Assembly (NCBI GenBank): GCA_003056265.1
Contig: NBVN01000006.1
Location: 1-32,000, forward strand
Source of the DNA: Zestosphaera tikiterensis
GTDB lineage: Archaea > Thermoproteota > Thermoprotei_A > Sulfolobales > NBVN01
Length of the DNA stretch: 32,000 bases
Direction of reading: 5' to 3'
Shown: positions 17,262 through 26,928 of the stretch, in pieces
Layout of the letters: every line of letters begins with the position of its first letter
Numbering within the stretch: position 1 is the first letter of the stretch
The notes under the pieces: generated by a model
What the model saw: the letters and a program-made list of their open reading frames with translations, nothing else
What the model was told of the DNA's origin: nothing
Database searches by the model: none
Position numbers and translations under genes: made by a program

Positions 17262-18118
17262 GTGAGTTACGCTATCTCAGGCTTAGGAAGCTTAAAAACG
17301 CTTTAATGTTAACCCTTATGTTAACATTAGCTTTCTTAACGTTTCTGCCTCTACTACTTATTATAGGCTCTATAACTCTTGAGGGTATTAAGGTGTTGTT
17401 GAAGGCTGGTGTTTCTTTCTTCGCTAGTTTACCGCCGAAACCAACCGACGTTAGCTTAGGCGGTATAGCACCGGCTTTAATAGGTTCGCTAATTTCATCA
17501 TCTATAGCTTTATCTATAGCTGCTTCAATAGCCTTCATATCGGCGTTCTTAACTACGGAGTTCCCTAATAACGTCATAAGTAGGGTTGTTGAGGTAGTTT
17601 TCAGATCTTTTTCAGGTATACCATCGCTTGCCGTAGGGATGTTCGTTTACTCTACGGTGGTGGTTTTCATGAGAACGCAGTCCTTAATAGCTGGTGCTGT
17701 AGCGTTATCCATAGTTGGCATGCCTTACGCTTATGTTTACTTCACCTCAGCTTTAAGATCTATTCCAGAAGAATATAGAGAAGCCGCTATGTCCTTAGGC
17801 ATGAGTAGGCTTAAAGCTTTAAGATATGTTTACTTAGGTATAAGTAGGAAGTACTTACTCTCAGGCTTGCTTATAACTTTCGCTAAGATAATAGGCGATA
17901 CCGCACCATTACTTTTCACAATTGGTTTCGTAACGAATGCTTACTTCATGGGATTAGACAAACCCAGCAACGCATTACCATTGCTCATCTTTATCTACGC
18001 CTTATCGCCTTACGAGATATATCATTCAGTAGCTTTAGGGGCGGCTTTCATACTGTTAGTTACCCTCATAGCTTTGTTTGAAATAGCTCACGCGGTGGTT
18101 AAAGAGGTGAGGTTATGA
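17258..18118 (+). CDS. pstA: Phosphate ABC transporter permease PstA
   Basis: ATG 17258 overlaps the pstC stop (ATGA). Contains an EAA loop (SALRSIPEEYREAAMSLGMS). The ORF-track start at 17198 lies inside pstC. Confidence 0.85.
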   Translation: MSELRYLRLRKLKNALMLTLMLTLAFLTFLPLLLIIGSITLEGIKVLLKAGVSFFASLPPKPTDVSLGGIAPALIGSLISSSIALSIAASIAFISAFLTTEFPNNVISRVVEVVFRSFSGIPSLAVGMFVYSTVVVFMRTQSLIAGAVALSIVGMPYAYVYFTSALRSIPEEYREAAMSLGMSRLKALRYVYLGISRKYLLSGLLITFAKIIGDTAPLLFTIGFVTNAYFMGLDKPSNALPLLIFIYALSPYEIYHSVALGAAFILLVTLIALFEIAHAVVKEVRL

Positions 18119-18870
18119 GTCGTTACGTAATAGAGATAAGTAACCTGACAGTAAGTATTAAAGGTAAGGAAATACTTAAGAAAGTCGACTTAGAGGTTCC
18201 TTATAACAGCATATACGTGATTATGGGCCCCAGCGGTTCCGGCAAATCTACATTGCTTAGAGTTATCAATAGGTTAATTGAGTTAATACCCGATGCTCGA
18301 GTTCAAGGTATTGTGAAAGTTTTTAATATTGACGTTTTTGATATGGATCCTTATGAGTTAAGGAGGCATGTCGTTATGGTTTCTCAAGAACCTAATCCAT
18401 TCCCCCATCTAAATATCTTCGATAATGTAGCCTTACCTGCTAGACTTAATGGAGTCGTTAAAAGTAAGAACGACCTACATGAGTTAGTTAGGTGGGCTTT
18501 AGAGAAAGTCATGCTTTGGGATGAGGTTAAAGATAGGCTTAAAGCATATCCCCACACGTTAAGCGGCGGGCAGAGGCAAAGACTATGTTTAGCTAGGGCT
18601 TTAGCCATTAAGCCTAAGGTGTTACTGCTGGATGAACCTACAGCTAACATAGATCCTGAAAACACTTTAAAAATAGAAGAGTCTTTAAAATCGCTTAAGG
18701 ACGAGTTAACTATAGTAATGGTGACTCATATGCCTCATCAAGCCGCAAGAATTGCTGACTATGTTGCGTTTATATATGGCGGTTCTGTAGTTGAGAAAGG
18801 CGTTGCTAGAGAGGTTTTCATGCGTCCACGTAATGAAGTAACCAATAGGTTTTTAAGAGGTGCTATCTAG
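18115..18870 (+). CDS. pstB: Phosphate ABC transporter ATP-binding protein PstB
   Basis: Walker A GPSGSGKST, signature LSGGQRQR, Walker B LLLDEPT, and a PstB-typical length (251 aa). ATGA overlap with pstA. Confidence 0.95.
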   Translation: MSRYVIEISNLTVSIKGKEILKKVDLEVPYNSIYVIMGPSGSGKSTLLRVINRLIELIPDARVQGIVKVFNIDVFDMDPYELRRHVVMVSQEPNPFPHLNIFDNVALPARLNGVVKSKNDLHELVRWALEKVMLWDEVKDRLKAYPHTLSGGQRQRLCLARALAIKPKVLLLDEPTANIDPENTLKIEESLKSLKDELTIVMVTHMPHQAARIADYVAFIYGGSVVEKGVAREVFMRPRNEVTNRFLRGAI

Positions 18871-19488
18871 ATGGATGGGTATGGTGCGGCTTTAGAGTTA
18901 ACTAAGTTAAGTAGGAGAACCGTTGAAATGTATGAAATCGTTAAAGATATTGTAGGAATGGTTAAGAAGCTTACTGAAGCTCAAGACGACGAAGAACGTT
19001 TAGAACTAGATAAGCAGATAGACGATAAAACATCGCTTGTAGATGTTTTAAGAGAGCAGATAACTGAGGATGTGTTGTTATTTATACTTAGGTATCAACC
19101 GTTAGGTAGGGATTTCGTCTATGTGCATAGGTTATTAGACGTGGTTTACGATATCTATAGAGTAGGGAGGTACTGCAGGGAGATATCCCTTGCTGATAGG
19201 TATGCGTTAAGCTTAAATAACGAGGATCTAAGGAGTTTAAATCAAGCTATAAGCATTGCTAAAGAGGCTTTTGAGGAAGCTTTCAAAGCGTTCTTCAACG
19301 GATGTAGCGAATGTGTTGAACGAGTTAAAGAATTAGATAATTTAATGGATGAGCTTTATATCAATAGCCTTAAAGAAGTTAAATCTCATGAATACGTTAG
19401 AAATAGCCAGGTAGTTAAGGTACTTGTTCTAAGGCATTTAGAGAGGATTGTAGATCATGCCGTAAGCATTGCTGAAAGCAGTTATTAA
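18871..19488 (+). CDS. phoU: Phosphate transport system regulatory protein PhoU
   Basis: 205 aa, all-helical, two PhoU repeats ending in ...ERIVDHAVSIAE. It starts immediately after the pstB stop. Confidence 0.8.
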   Translation: MDGYGAALELTKLSRRTVEMYEIVKDIVGMVKKLTEAQDDEERLELDKQIDDKTSLVDVLREQITEDVLLFILRYQPLGRDFVYVHRLLDVVYDIYRVGRYCREISLADRYALSLNNEDLRSLNQAISIAKEAFEEAFKAFFNGCSECVERVKELDNLMDELYINSLKEVKSHEYVRNSQVVKVLVLRHLERIVDHAVSIAESSY

Positions 19489-19499
19489 GGATTACGTGA

Positions 19500-19504
19500 T
19501 TTTT
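19500..19504 (+). terminator. T5 tract 12 nt downstream of the phoU stop; plausible archaeal oligo-T terminator for the pst operon
   Basis: Sequence reads gtgaTTTTTac directly after TAA 19486..19488. Archaeal termination commonly uses oligo-T runs. Confidence 0.35.
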
Positions 19505-19681
19505 ACTTAGTTCAAGACGATATTCAATGCTGAAGTTTGTTAGGGTTCGACTTCATCGCCACTTTAAATTAAAACTCTTAGCTATTTCTCGTGATTTGCC
19601 TCTACCGCCCTTCGAGAATATGCCTTCCTTAAAGGACGGAAACTTCATCAAATAATCTTCTAGGCACAATTAGAAGTAATC

Positions 19682-19687
19682 AAAAAA
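19682..19687 (-). terminator. T6 tract on the minus strand, 14-19 nt downstream of the dppC-like stop, followed by a 6-bp hairpin
   Basis: Plus strand has AAAAAA at 19682..19687. A CTTCTA/TAGAAG hairpin lies at about 19657..19677. Confidence 0.3.
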
Positions 19688-19700
19688 TTATGAAAACTTG

Positions 19701-20567
19701 TTAGGCATATCTGAGTTTTGGATTGACGTAGTCTTCTATGGCCATGCCAAGTAATGTGAAACCAGCTCCAACTAAAGCTATGAATAGTCCGGGTACGAAA
19801 ACCCATAGCCATAGACCTAGGTAGAGTGCGTTCCTAGCTTGGGCGTGGTAGAGTATTTGACCCCAGCTCTTAGCTGTTGGGTCTCCAAGCCCTAAAAAGC
19901 TGAGGCTAGCTTCAGTTAGTATTGCTGATGTAGCGCCTAGAATTACGTAAGCTACGGCTACGGGGGCAACGCTTGGTAGGATGTGTCTGAAGATTATGCC
20001 GAATGAGCTTGAGCCAACAGCTTTAGAAGCTTCTACGTAGGTTCTTTCTCTAATGCTAAGTGTTTGAGATCTGATTACCCTAGCTACGCCAACCCAACCG
20101 AATATCACTAACACTAATATTATGTTGTTTAAGCTAGGCCCTAAATACGCAGCCAGTATGATTATCAAAGGTAGTGAAGGTATAGCTAGCATGATATCTA
20201 TGATTCCTGAAATCGCTTCATCTACGTAACCTCCGAAATAACCGGCTATTAAGCCTACGACAAGCCCTAGTATGGTTGATATTGAAGCTGCTGTAAGGCC
20301 TACGTAGAGGCTTACTCTAGCGCCGTAAATCACCTCACTTAATATGTCTTGACCTATGTCGTTAGTACCTAAGGGATGTTCTGGAGACGGCGGTTGGAAA
20401 GGTGGTGCTACGATGGCGTATGGGTCGTAAGGAGCTAGCTTATCTGCTAGGATGGCTATAGATCCTACGAAGAGTAGGATGACTATGCCGAATAAGCCCT
20501 TCTTATTGTGAAGCGCGATGTATTTAACGGCGTTAGCTATAGATTTAACTAAACCCACGGCCTTCAC
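19701..20567 (-). CDS. Peptide/nickel (Dpp/Opp-type) ABC transporter permease, DppC-like
   Basis: 288 aa with an N-terminal TM helix, the HPLGTNDIGQD motif typical of OppC/DppC, and an EAA loop (ERTYVEASKAVGSS). Confidence 0.85.
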   Translation of the reverse strand: MKAVGLVKSIANAVKYIALHNKKGLFGIVILLFVGSIAILADKLAPYDPYAIVAPPFQPPSPEHPLGTNDIGQDILSEVIYGARVSLYVGLTAASISTILGLVVGLIAGYFGGYVDEAISGIIDIMLAIPSLPLIIILAAYLGPSLNNIILVLVIFGWVGVARVIRSQTLSIRERTYVEASKAVGSSSFGIIFRHILPSVAPVAVAYVILGATSAILTEASLSFLGLGDPTAKSWGQILYHAQARNALYLGLWLWVFVPGLFIALVGAGFTLLGMAIEDYVNPKLRYA

Positions 20568-21541
20568 CCCCTCGTATATCTAATCCTAGGGTCTAGAAGC
20601 ATATAGAGTAGATCTGCGCATAGATTAGCTACGATAATCGTTATGGACAGCATGAAGAACGCTGCGTTTAATACTGGGTAGTCCTTATAGAGGATTGACT
20701 CATATATTAAATACCCAATCCCAGGGTATGAGAAGACAGTTTCAGTTAATACAGCACCGCCAACTATAGTGCCTAACCTTATGGCAAGCATAGTTACCGG
20801 CGGTAGTAAAGCGTTACGAAGTGCGTGACGCATGATGGTTCTGTCTGGGAGGCCCATAGCCTTAAGAGCTAGTATGAAGTCCTCAGATAATATATCAACC
20901 AACGAATTCCTAGTGACTAGAGTATATGAAGCAAAAGCAGTTAACGTCATAGCTATTACTGGAAGGGTTAAATGCCATAAAACATCCGCTACGTACTCAA
21001 AAACGTTTCTATAGATCATACCTGGAGTTAACGCTTGAGTTATGGGGAACCACTTGAGTAAGTACCCAAAAACATACTGGAAGAGTAGAGCTAACCAATA
21101 ATACGGTACGGCATAAATTAAAACAGCTGAGAATGTTATGATGGAGTCCACCTTCGTGTTTCTTCTCCAACCAGCTATAACCCCTAAACCCACACCAGTT
21201 AGGAAAACTGTAACTGAGGAGGTTCCTAACAACAGTAGAGTCCAAGGCAGTCTCTCCATTACTAACTCGTAAACAGTTCTTGGATAATATTTATAACTAA
21301 ACCCCCACTGACCAGTAAATAATGTTTGAAAATAGGCAATGAGTTGTTCGTGCCAAGGCCTATCGAGTTTCCACATCTCAATCAACACTTTAACAGTGCT
21401 TGACGGTAGTTGATATTCATTCGCTAGTATGGAAGCTGGGTTGCCTGGCATAGCTCTAGGGAGGATAAAAACTATAAGCAGGATGGTTAGAAAAACTATT
21501 AAAGACCTAAGAAGCCTAACGTATAAAAAACGAGTTACCAT
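20564..21541 (-). CDS. Peptide/nickel (Dpp/Opp-type) ABC transporter permease, DppB-like
   Basis: 325 aa. Contains FILPRAMPGNP near the N-terminus, an EAA loop (EDFILALKAMGLP) and a C-terminal LLDPRIRY. 4-nt overlap with the downstream permease. Confidence 0.85.
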   Translation of the reverse strand: MVTRFLYVRLLRSLIVFLTILLIVFILPRAMPGNPASILANEYQLPSSTVKVLIEMWKLDRPWHEQLIAYFQTLFTGQWGFSYKYYPRTVYELVMERLPWTLLLLGTSSVTVFLTGVGLGVIAGWRRNTKVDSIITFSAVLIYAVPYYWLALLFQYVFGYLLKWFPITQALTPGMIYRNVFEYVADVLWHLTLPVIAMTLTAFASYTLVTRNSLVDILSEDFILALKAMGLPDRTIMRHALRNALLPPVTMLAIRLGTIVGGAVLTETVFSYPGIGYLIYESILYKDYPVLNAAFFMLSITIIVANLCADLLYMLLDPRIRYTRG

Positions 21542-21567
21542 TTAAGAAACCTCGAGAGTTTTTATTG

Positions 21568-23442
21568 CTATGTCTTTCTAGCGACTCTAAATGCTACGAA
21601 AGCTAGGATCACGACGACCACAACTATTACTACGGCATATAAAGACCACGGTACCTCAGTCGGGGTAGGTGACGTTACAGGGCTGGTTACAGTAGTGGCC
21701 ACGGTTACAGCTTGTGTTTGCGTTATAGTGACGGGTTGTGTAACAGGTTGAGTTACAGACGTAACTACGGTTGTAGCTACAGTTATTACTTCAGGGCCTT
21801 TAGGCTTTAAAGACATTAACGAAAGTATTGAAGTCGGTCCCTCAACTTCATTCCAGCCTTCGAACTTATCTATTCTATAAGCGGTGACAGGCTTAGTCAC
21901 ATATAAAGGTATTAGAGGTTTATCCCTAGCTATTATTTCCTGTAGCTTATATATGTACTGCTTCCTTAATTCTAAGTCTAAAGTAGATCTTTGAGCGTCT
22001 AGCAATTGATCAGCTTCCGGGTTTCTATACCTGAACCAGTTCCTTGGCGCGTAAGTACCTAACGGCGGTGCTTGACTGCTGTGGAACCTCTCGTAAATCC
22101 ACCAGTCCACATCGTTTCCAAGCCCTGCTAAACCCATCAAACCTATGTCGAAGTCTCCCACACCTTCTCTTTGATCTACCGTGCCTAAAGCTTGAGCCTC
22201 AACTCTGGCGTCAATACCTATTTGCTTCAACCAACCCATGATTAACTCAGCAGATCTTTCAAACTCAGGTCTGCCGGATATCGTTAAGATCGAGATGCTT
22301 AATGGCTTGCCGTCAGGAGTTTCTCTAATGCCATCACCGTTTCTATCTATAAAACCTAGCTTATCCAGTATTTCTTTAGCTTTAGTTAGGTTTTGCTTGA
22401 CGTAGGTTACGTTGGGGTTATACCAAATACCCTGCACCGGCTGTACCCAACCGTCGGCTGCCGGTTCAGCATATCCTAACATGACTGTATTCACTATCGC
22501 CTCCTTATTTATCGCGTATGCTATAGCCCACCTAAACTCCGTTATGTTAAACGGGTATTTCTCAAGGTTGAATCCCATAAACCTCATCGAACCCATGGAA
22601 GCGAGTGGTAACGCAACTCTAACGTTGGGGTTCTTAAGTAGTACAGGCACTAGCTCGGGGGCTACAGAACCGTATATTGCGTCTATGTTGCCTGCCTGTA
22701 AATCTAGCATTAAAGCATCTACGCTTTTATACAGAACCACTACCAACCTCTGTATTTTTGGCTTACCTAAGAAGAAGTACGGGTTTGCCTCCAGCTCCAC
22801 GGATACTCCAGGCGTGTACTTAACGAATTTATATGGTCCACACCCCACTGGATTATCTAAGTTTTTAAATTCTGTTACGTTGACTTTAGACCATATATGT
22901 TCCGGAACTATAGCTACCTGCGCACCTAAGTACCACAACACGGGAGCGAAAGGACTTTTCAGTTTGAACTCCACCGTCCGGTCATCTAACGCTTTAACGT
23001 ATTCTATGTAGTTCCTTAAATTCCACTTATCAAGTACTTTACTGTAGGTGGAGTTTAATATTAAGTTAAACGTGAATACGACGTCTTTAGAAGTTAGTGG
23101 GGTTCCATCATCCCAACGTAGGTTAGGTCTAAGCTTAAACACCACTTTCAAAGCGTTCTGATCTACTGTGAAGCTTTCAGCTAACCAAGGCGTATACGAC
23201 CTGTTCGCAGGCAGTATTAAAAGCGTTTGATATAGAAGACCTCTAACATATCCAGCAGCAGCTAAAATACCTGTGAATGGGTTGAAGTTATCTATCTCTC
23301 CCGGAATGCCTACCTTAAGCACCTGCTCTTCAGGGGCTGCTGAAGCTACCCCTGCGAAACCTATTAAGTAAGCCGTTAAAATACTGATGGTTAAACCCAA
23401 AGCTAAAAGCGATTTATTAAACCTACTACTGTAGCGATACAT
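21568..23442 (-). CDS. Family-5 (peptide/oligosaccharide) ABC substrate-binding protein with an N-terminal signal peptide, a Thr/Val/Pro-rich linker and a C-terminal TM anchor
   Basis: 624 aa. Family-5-like core. The C-terminus is ...VTQPVTQPVTITQTQAVTVATTVTSPVTSPTPTEVPWSLYAVVIVVVVVILAFVAFRVARKT. Confidence 0.85.
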   Translation of the reverse strand: MYRYSSRFNKSLLALGLTISILTAYLIGFAGVASAAPEEQVLKVGIPGEIDNFNPFTGILAAAGYVRGLLYQTLLILPANRSYTPWLAESFTVDQNALKVVFKLRPNLRWDDGTPLTSKDVVFTFNLILNSTYSKVLDKWNLRNYIEYVKALDDRTVEFKLKSPFAPVLWYLGAQVAIVPEHIWSKVNVTEFKNLDNPVGCGPYKFVKYTPGVSVELEANPYFFLGKPKIQRLVVVLYKSVDALMLDLQAGNIDAIYGSVAPELVPVLLKNPNVRVALPLASMGSMRFMGFNLEKYPFNITEFRWAIAYAINKEAIVNTVMLGYAEPAADGWVQPVQGIWYNPNVTYVKQNLTKAKEILDKLGFIDRNGDGIRETPDGKPLSISILTISGRPEFERSAELIMGWLKQIGIDARVEAQALGTVDQREGVGDFDIGLMGLAGLGNDVDWWIYERFHSSQAPPLGTYAPRNWFRYRNPEADQLLDAQRSTLDLELRKQYIYKLQEIIARDKPLIPLYVTKPVTAYRIDKFEGWNEVEGPTSILSLMSLKPKGPEVITVATTVVTSVTQPVTQPVTITQTQAVTVATTVTSPVTSPTPTEVPWSLYAVVIVVVVVILAFVAFRVARKT

Positions 23443-23579
23443 GTTACCACATTTAAAGATTAGGTTTATGCCTTTAAAAACTTTAGCATTTATTATTTCA
23501 CGTAAATTCGTTAAAATAACTTAATGAAGTTATGTTTGAAGTCCTTAAATGGTCTTTAAAGCTAACATGTTAGAGTTTG

Positions 23580-24212
23580 TTAAGTTCGCATTACGGCTAT
23601 GCTTCTAATTACGTCCGCTACGTCTTCGCATTTATCTGTTGACTGCTCTAGTGAGTCGATGATTTCCTTAGCTATTATGCATGAGGATATCTTGGATTTC
23701 TCGCAGAACTTAAGTATCTTAACGATTGCTTCAGCCCGTATGTCGTCAACTTCCTCCTCTATCCTCTCTATGTTATCCGCTATCTCTAAAGCCTTACGTG
23801 GTTCTTTACTTACGGCTTCTAAAGCTTGTTTTATCAGTGTTGTAGCTTCAGCGATTTTAGAGGATATAACTACTAAGTAGTCTTTAATTTCCGCGTCTAT
23901 GTCGTTAGGTGATATCATAGTTGCTTTTCTAGCGGCGGACTTGCCGAAAGCTGCTATATCGTCTGTCGTGAGTATTAACCTAATTAGTTCCTCCCTATCT
24001 ATTGGGTGTACGTAACCCTCACTTAACTCTTTAATGGCTTCCCTCTTTATCTCATCCGCTTCTTTCTCCGCTATATGGACTTTCTTAAAGTTGGATTCTA
24101 CTTCACTCACGACACCGCGTTTGAAAGATGCCATAACCTCATTAACGTATTTCATAGTCTCTATAATCTTATTTATATGTGTTAACGCTTTAGCTAGGAC
24201 CTGCTCCTCCAT
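23580..24212 (-). CDS. DUF47/TIGR00153-type PhoU-like protein, usually paired with PiT transporters
   Basis: All-helical protein immediately downstream of the PiT gene. ATG 24212 (MEEQVLAKAL...) fits the family N-terminus. The GTG at 24257 is an alternative start. Confidence 0.75.
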   Translation of the reverse strand: MEEQVLAKALTHINKIIETMKYVNEVMASFKRGVVSEVESNFKKVHIAEKEADEIKREAIKELSEGYVHPIDREELIRLILTTDDIAAFGKSAARKATMISPNDIDAEIKDYLVVISSKIAEATTLIKQALEAVSKEPRKALEIADNIERIEEEVDDIRAEAIVKILKFCEKSKISSCIIAKEIIDSLEQSTDKCEDVADVIRSIAVMRT

Positions 24213-24258
24213 CCTCCTACTTATCCATCCCCAAGTAAGTACGCCCAAAACCCTCACC

Positions 24259-25311
24259 TCACATATTCAATACTGTATATATAACCCATCTCAGAATTAA
24301 AGAAATTAAAGCTGTGATTGGGACGGTAATCAACCACATAAACACGATCTTAGATACTACACCCCAATCAACACCTTTAACTCCATACCTGCCTAAACCA
24401 ACACCTAAAACCGCCGTAACCGCGGCGTGAGTTGTTGATATAGGCATACCGTAACCCCAGATTAACGTGGGTAGTGTGGTAAAGAGCCAAACAACTAAGG
24501 CATTACTTAACTGGGCTGAGAGGCCGTTCCTCACGTCAAGCCTCGTTATCTTATACGCTATGGTGTTTATTACCCTATGCCCTAACGTGAAACCTCCTAA
24601 AGCTATGCCTAAAGCACCTATAGCGGATAAAGTTAAGGCTACCTGCATGTTAAAGCCTGTGACAACACCTGATAAGGAAGTGAATACTGAGTAAACCCCT
24701 ACGGCGTTGCTTACGTCGTTAGCTCCGAATGAATAGGCTGAGAAGGCGAAGCTAGCTATCAACGCACTTTTAATATAGCTATCCAGGGTTTTAGGGTTAA
24801 CCCCTCTTTTCAACGCCCTATCTATTACCGCGTCGAATAAACGCATGAAGATAAAACATAGGAGTAGGACGGATAAAGGTGATGTAATCCAAGATATGAC
24901 AACCTTACTTAACACCCCCCAATTAATCAACTCTATAGACTTTAACTTAATTACCTTATATAAGCCAATGCCTAAAACACCGCCGACGGCAGAATGCGTT
25001 GTTGAGATAGGCATGCCTGTTAACGAGGCTAAAGTTATCCAGATACCTGTGGATATGGTCGCCGTTAAGGCATCGGCAGCACTTTCAATTTTCGTTATGC
25101 CACCGCCAAATGTCTTACTTACCATCCACCCCTGCGCGATAGAACCTAGAAAAACGAATATCGTAAATATCGTTAAGGCTTTTTTAGGTGTTAAAACCCC
25201 CGAACCCACAACAATGTTCGTGGGGTTTGCGGCGTCGTTAGTTCCTATGGCCCAAGCTATATATAGCGACAGCATCAACCCCAGAACAAGTATCGGATCC
25301 AATGCCCTCAA
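24259..25311 (-). CDS. pitA: PiT-family inorganic phosphate transporter
   Basis: 350 aa with a TTG start. It has the duplicated PiT signature (GTNDAANP... / GANDVSNAVG...) and PISTTH twice. Confidence 0.9.
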   Translation of the reverse strand: MRALDPILVLGLMLSLYIAWAIGTNDAANPTNIVVGSGVLTPKKALTIFTIFVFLGSIAQGWMVSKTFGGGITKIESAADALTATISTGIWITLASLTGMPISTTHSAVGGVLGIGLYKVIKLKSIELINWGVLSKVVISWITSPLSVLLLCFIFMRLFDAVIDRALKRGVNPKTLDSYIKSALIASFAFSAYSFGANDVSNAVGVYSVFTSLSGVVTGFNMQVALTLSAIGALGIALGGFTLGHRVINTIAYKITRLDVRNGLSAQLSNALVVWLFTTLPTLIWGYGMPISTTHAAVTAVLGVGLGRYGVKGVDWGVVSKIVFMWLITVPITALISLILRWVIYTVLNM

Positions 25312-25430
25312 TAAATATTCATATTAGTTTAAAAATATCAGTTCAGATTTAAAACTTTACAGACATTGTTTAAGTAGTTAAAATATTTATAACTGATGTG
25401 TGAGTTAACTCAGGATTAACATAATTAATA

Positions 25431-25443
25431 AGTTATAATAACT
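25431..25443. promoter_or_regulatory. 13-bp palindrome AGTTAT-A-ATAACT, 7 nt upstream of the ykoD-like start, inside the pit/ykoD divergent promoter
   Basis: Read directly. It shares the GTTAT/ATAAC core with the thiM-upstream palindrome, but it is very A/T-rich and may simply be a TATA region. Confidence 0.2.
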
Positions 25444-25449
25444 ATTATA

Positions 25450-26928
25450 ATGGTGTTAGTGGTGTTGCAAGCAAACGTAAGTGAGGCTGGGTACGTAGCC
25501 AATAAGGCAGTACTTCATAACGTTGAAGTTAACGTAAGCGATGGTGAGGTAGTTGCTATAGCCGGGCCTTCAGGCTCTGGTAAAACAACCTTTTTACTGA
25601 CGGCTTTAGGGGTTTTAAACAACCTCCTCTCCGGTTGGGTGAATGGTAGAGTTAGAATCGATGATATAGACCCTCTAGATCCTTTAGGATTTCAAAAAAT
25701 CTTTAAGGTGTCGGGTGTAGTTCTTCAAGACCCTGAGAAACAGCTGATCATGCCTACACCTATCGATGAAGTCATGTTCATCCTGGAGAATTTAGGGGTG
25801 GATGTAGAGGTTGCTTCACGTAAGTCTATGGAGTATTTAAACATGTTTGGGCTTTCAAATAAGGCTTACGAACACGTTGAGAACTTATCCGGAGGTGAGA
25901 AAAGGAGGCTATCGTTAGCTGCTTCGTTAGTGCATGAACCTAACATGGTCTTTTTAGACGAACCTACCGCATCCGTAGACCCTTGGGGTGTGAAGGAGGT
26001 TAAGAACTTCATACGTAACGTTAAGGAACGCGGTAAGGGTGTTTTGATAATCGAGCATAAAGTTAAGTACTTTATAGAGCTTATCGATAAGTTATACGTG
26101 ATTAATGAAGGCTCTATAATAAAGGTGTTAAGTAGGGACGACCTTAACGATCAAGCAGTCCTTAAGGAAGTTAGGGAGTTGGGAGTTGACGTAACGCCTA
26201 TTCATGAAGTAGATAGACGTGACGTAAGTAATGCCCGCTACGTAGGCGGTGATGTAGTGCTTGAAGTCGATGGGCTTACATGCTGGTATGATGGGAGCTC
26301 ACCTATCTTTAAAGATGTTTCTTTTGAGGTTAGGTCTGGTGAGGTAGTAGCTTTAGTAGGTAGTAATGGGTCAGGTAAGACCACGTTGCTTAAGGCTTTA
26401 AGCGGTTTTCATAGGGGATGCTCAGGCGTGATTAAAACTAAAGACGGTGTAAGTCAGTCAGGTAAGTTGGGGAGGAGTGTTTTCTACGTTCATCAAACGC
26501 CGGACTACATGTTCGTCGAAAGCAGTGTTGAGAAGGAACTCCTTCAAACCTCAAGGTTTGGTGGGGTTGATTTAAACACGCTTAAATCTATGTTTCCTTG
26601 GTTTAACGAGTTAAGAGACTTACCACCCTATAAGTTAAGCTTAGGTCAGAGGAGGTGGTTAAGCACGTTAATTGCTTGGGGGTTTAAACCTCGCGTCTTA
26701 CTTCTTGACGAACCTACTGCCGGATTGGATCTTTACTTAATGAGGCAGTTTAAAGAACTTGTTGGACTTCTTAAGCGTTCCGGAACTTCGTTTTTGATAG
26801 CTACTCACGACCCTAGAGTCCTCGTTGAGTTTGCTGATAGGGCTTTAGTTCTTAAGGGGGGAAGGCTTTACGAAGACGACGTGTTTAAAGTAGCTTTACT
26901 TCTAGAAAGTGTAGCGGGTGTTTATTGA
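25450..26928 (+). CDS. ykoD: ECF transporter fused double ATPase (EcfA-EcfA', YkoD-like)
   Basis: 492 aa with two ABC cassettes. First: GPSGSGKTT, LSGGEKRR, VFLDEPT. Second: GSNGSGKTT, LSLGQRRW, LLLDEPT. Confidence 0.85.
   Translation: MVLVVLQANVSEAGYVANKAVLHNVEVNVSDGEVVAIAGPSGSGKTTFLLTALGVLNNLLSGWVNGRVRIDDIDPLDPLGFQKIFKVSGVVLQDPEKQLIMPTPIDEVMFILENLGVDVEVASRKSMEYLNMFGLSNKAYEHVENLSGGEKRRLSLAASLVHEPNMVFLDEPTASVDPWGVKEVKNFIRNVKERGKGVLIIEHKVKYFIELIDKLYVINEGSIIKVLSRDDLNDQAVLKEVRELGVDVTPIHEVDRRDVSNARYVGGDVVLEVDGLTCWYDGSSPIFKDVSFEVRSGEVVALVGSNGSGKTTLLKALSGFHRGCSGVIKTKDGVSQSGKLGRSVFYVHQTPDYMFVESSVEKELLQTSRFGGVDLNTLKSMFPWFNELRDLPPYKLSLGQRRWLSTLIAWGFKPRVLLLDEPTAGLDLYLMRQFKELVGLLKRSGTSFLIATHDPRVLVEFADRALVLKGGRLYEDDVFKVALLLESVAGVY

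Noticed and set aside
19521-19561. tRNA-3'-half-like string GGGTTCGACTTCATCGCCA in the phoU/dppC intergenic region, considered as a tRNA fragment or split-tRNA half.
   Set aside because: The bases flanking the TTCGA loop cannot form a 5-bp T stem, and I could not build an acceptor or anticodon arm. The only pairing is a generic 6-bp TGAAGT/ACTTCA stem.
19553-19648. Minus-strand 31-aa basic ORF MKFPSFKEGIFSKGGRGKSREIAKSFNLKWR in the same intergenic region.
   Set aside because: I recognise no family and see no convincing promoter. It lies directly behind the dpp terminator tract. It is too short to separate from chance without conservation data.
21690-21780. Short repeats in DNA encoding VTQPVTQPVT near the 3' end of the binding-protein gene. 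Considered as a repeat or contingency locus.
   Set aside because: There are only two imperfect units. They are explained by the low-complexity Thr/Val/Pro linker typical of archaeal surface-anchored binding proteins.
22412-23011. Long antisense ORFs inside well-supported genes: 22412-23011, 24845-25327, 9335-9628, 10436-10738, 482-781, 15933-16220, 17272-17577, 18384-18665 and similar.
   Set aside because: Each lies fully within a gene that has clear family motifs on the opposite strand. Their translations are low-complexity with no recognisable domains, the usual shadow-ORF artefact of codon bias.
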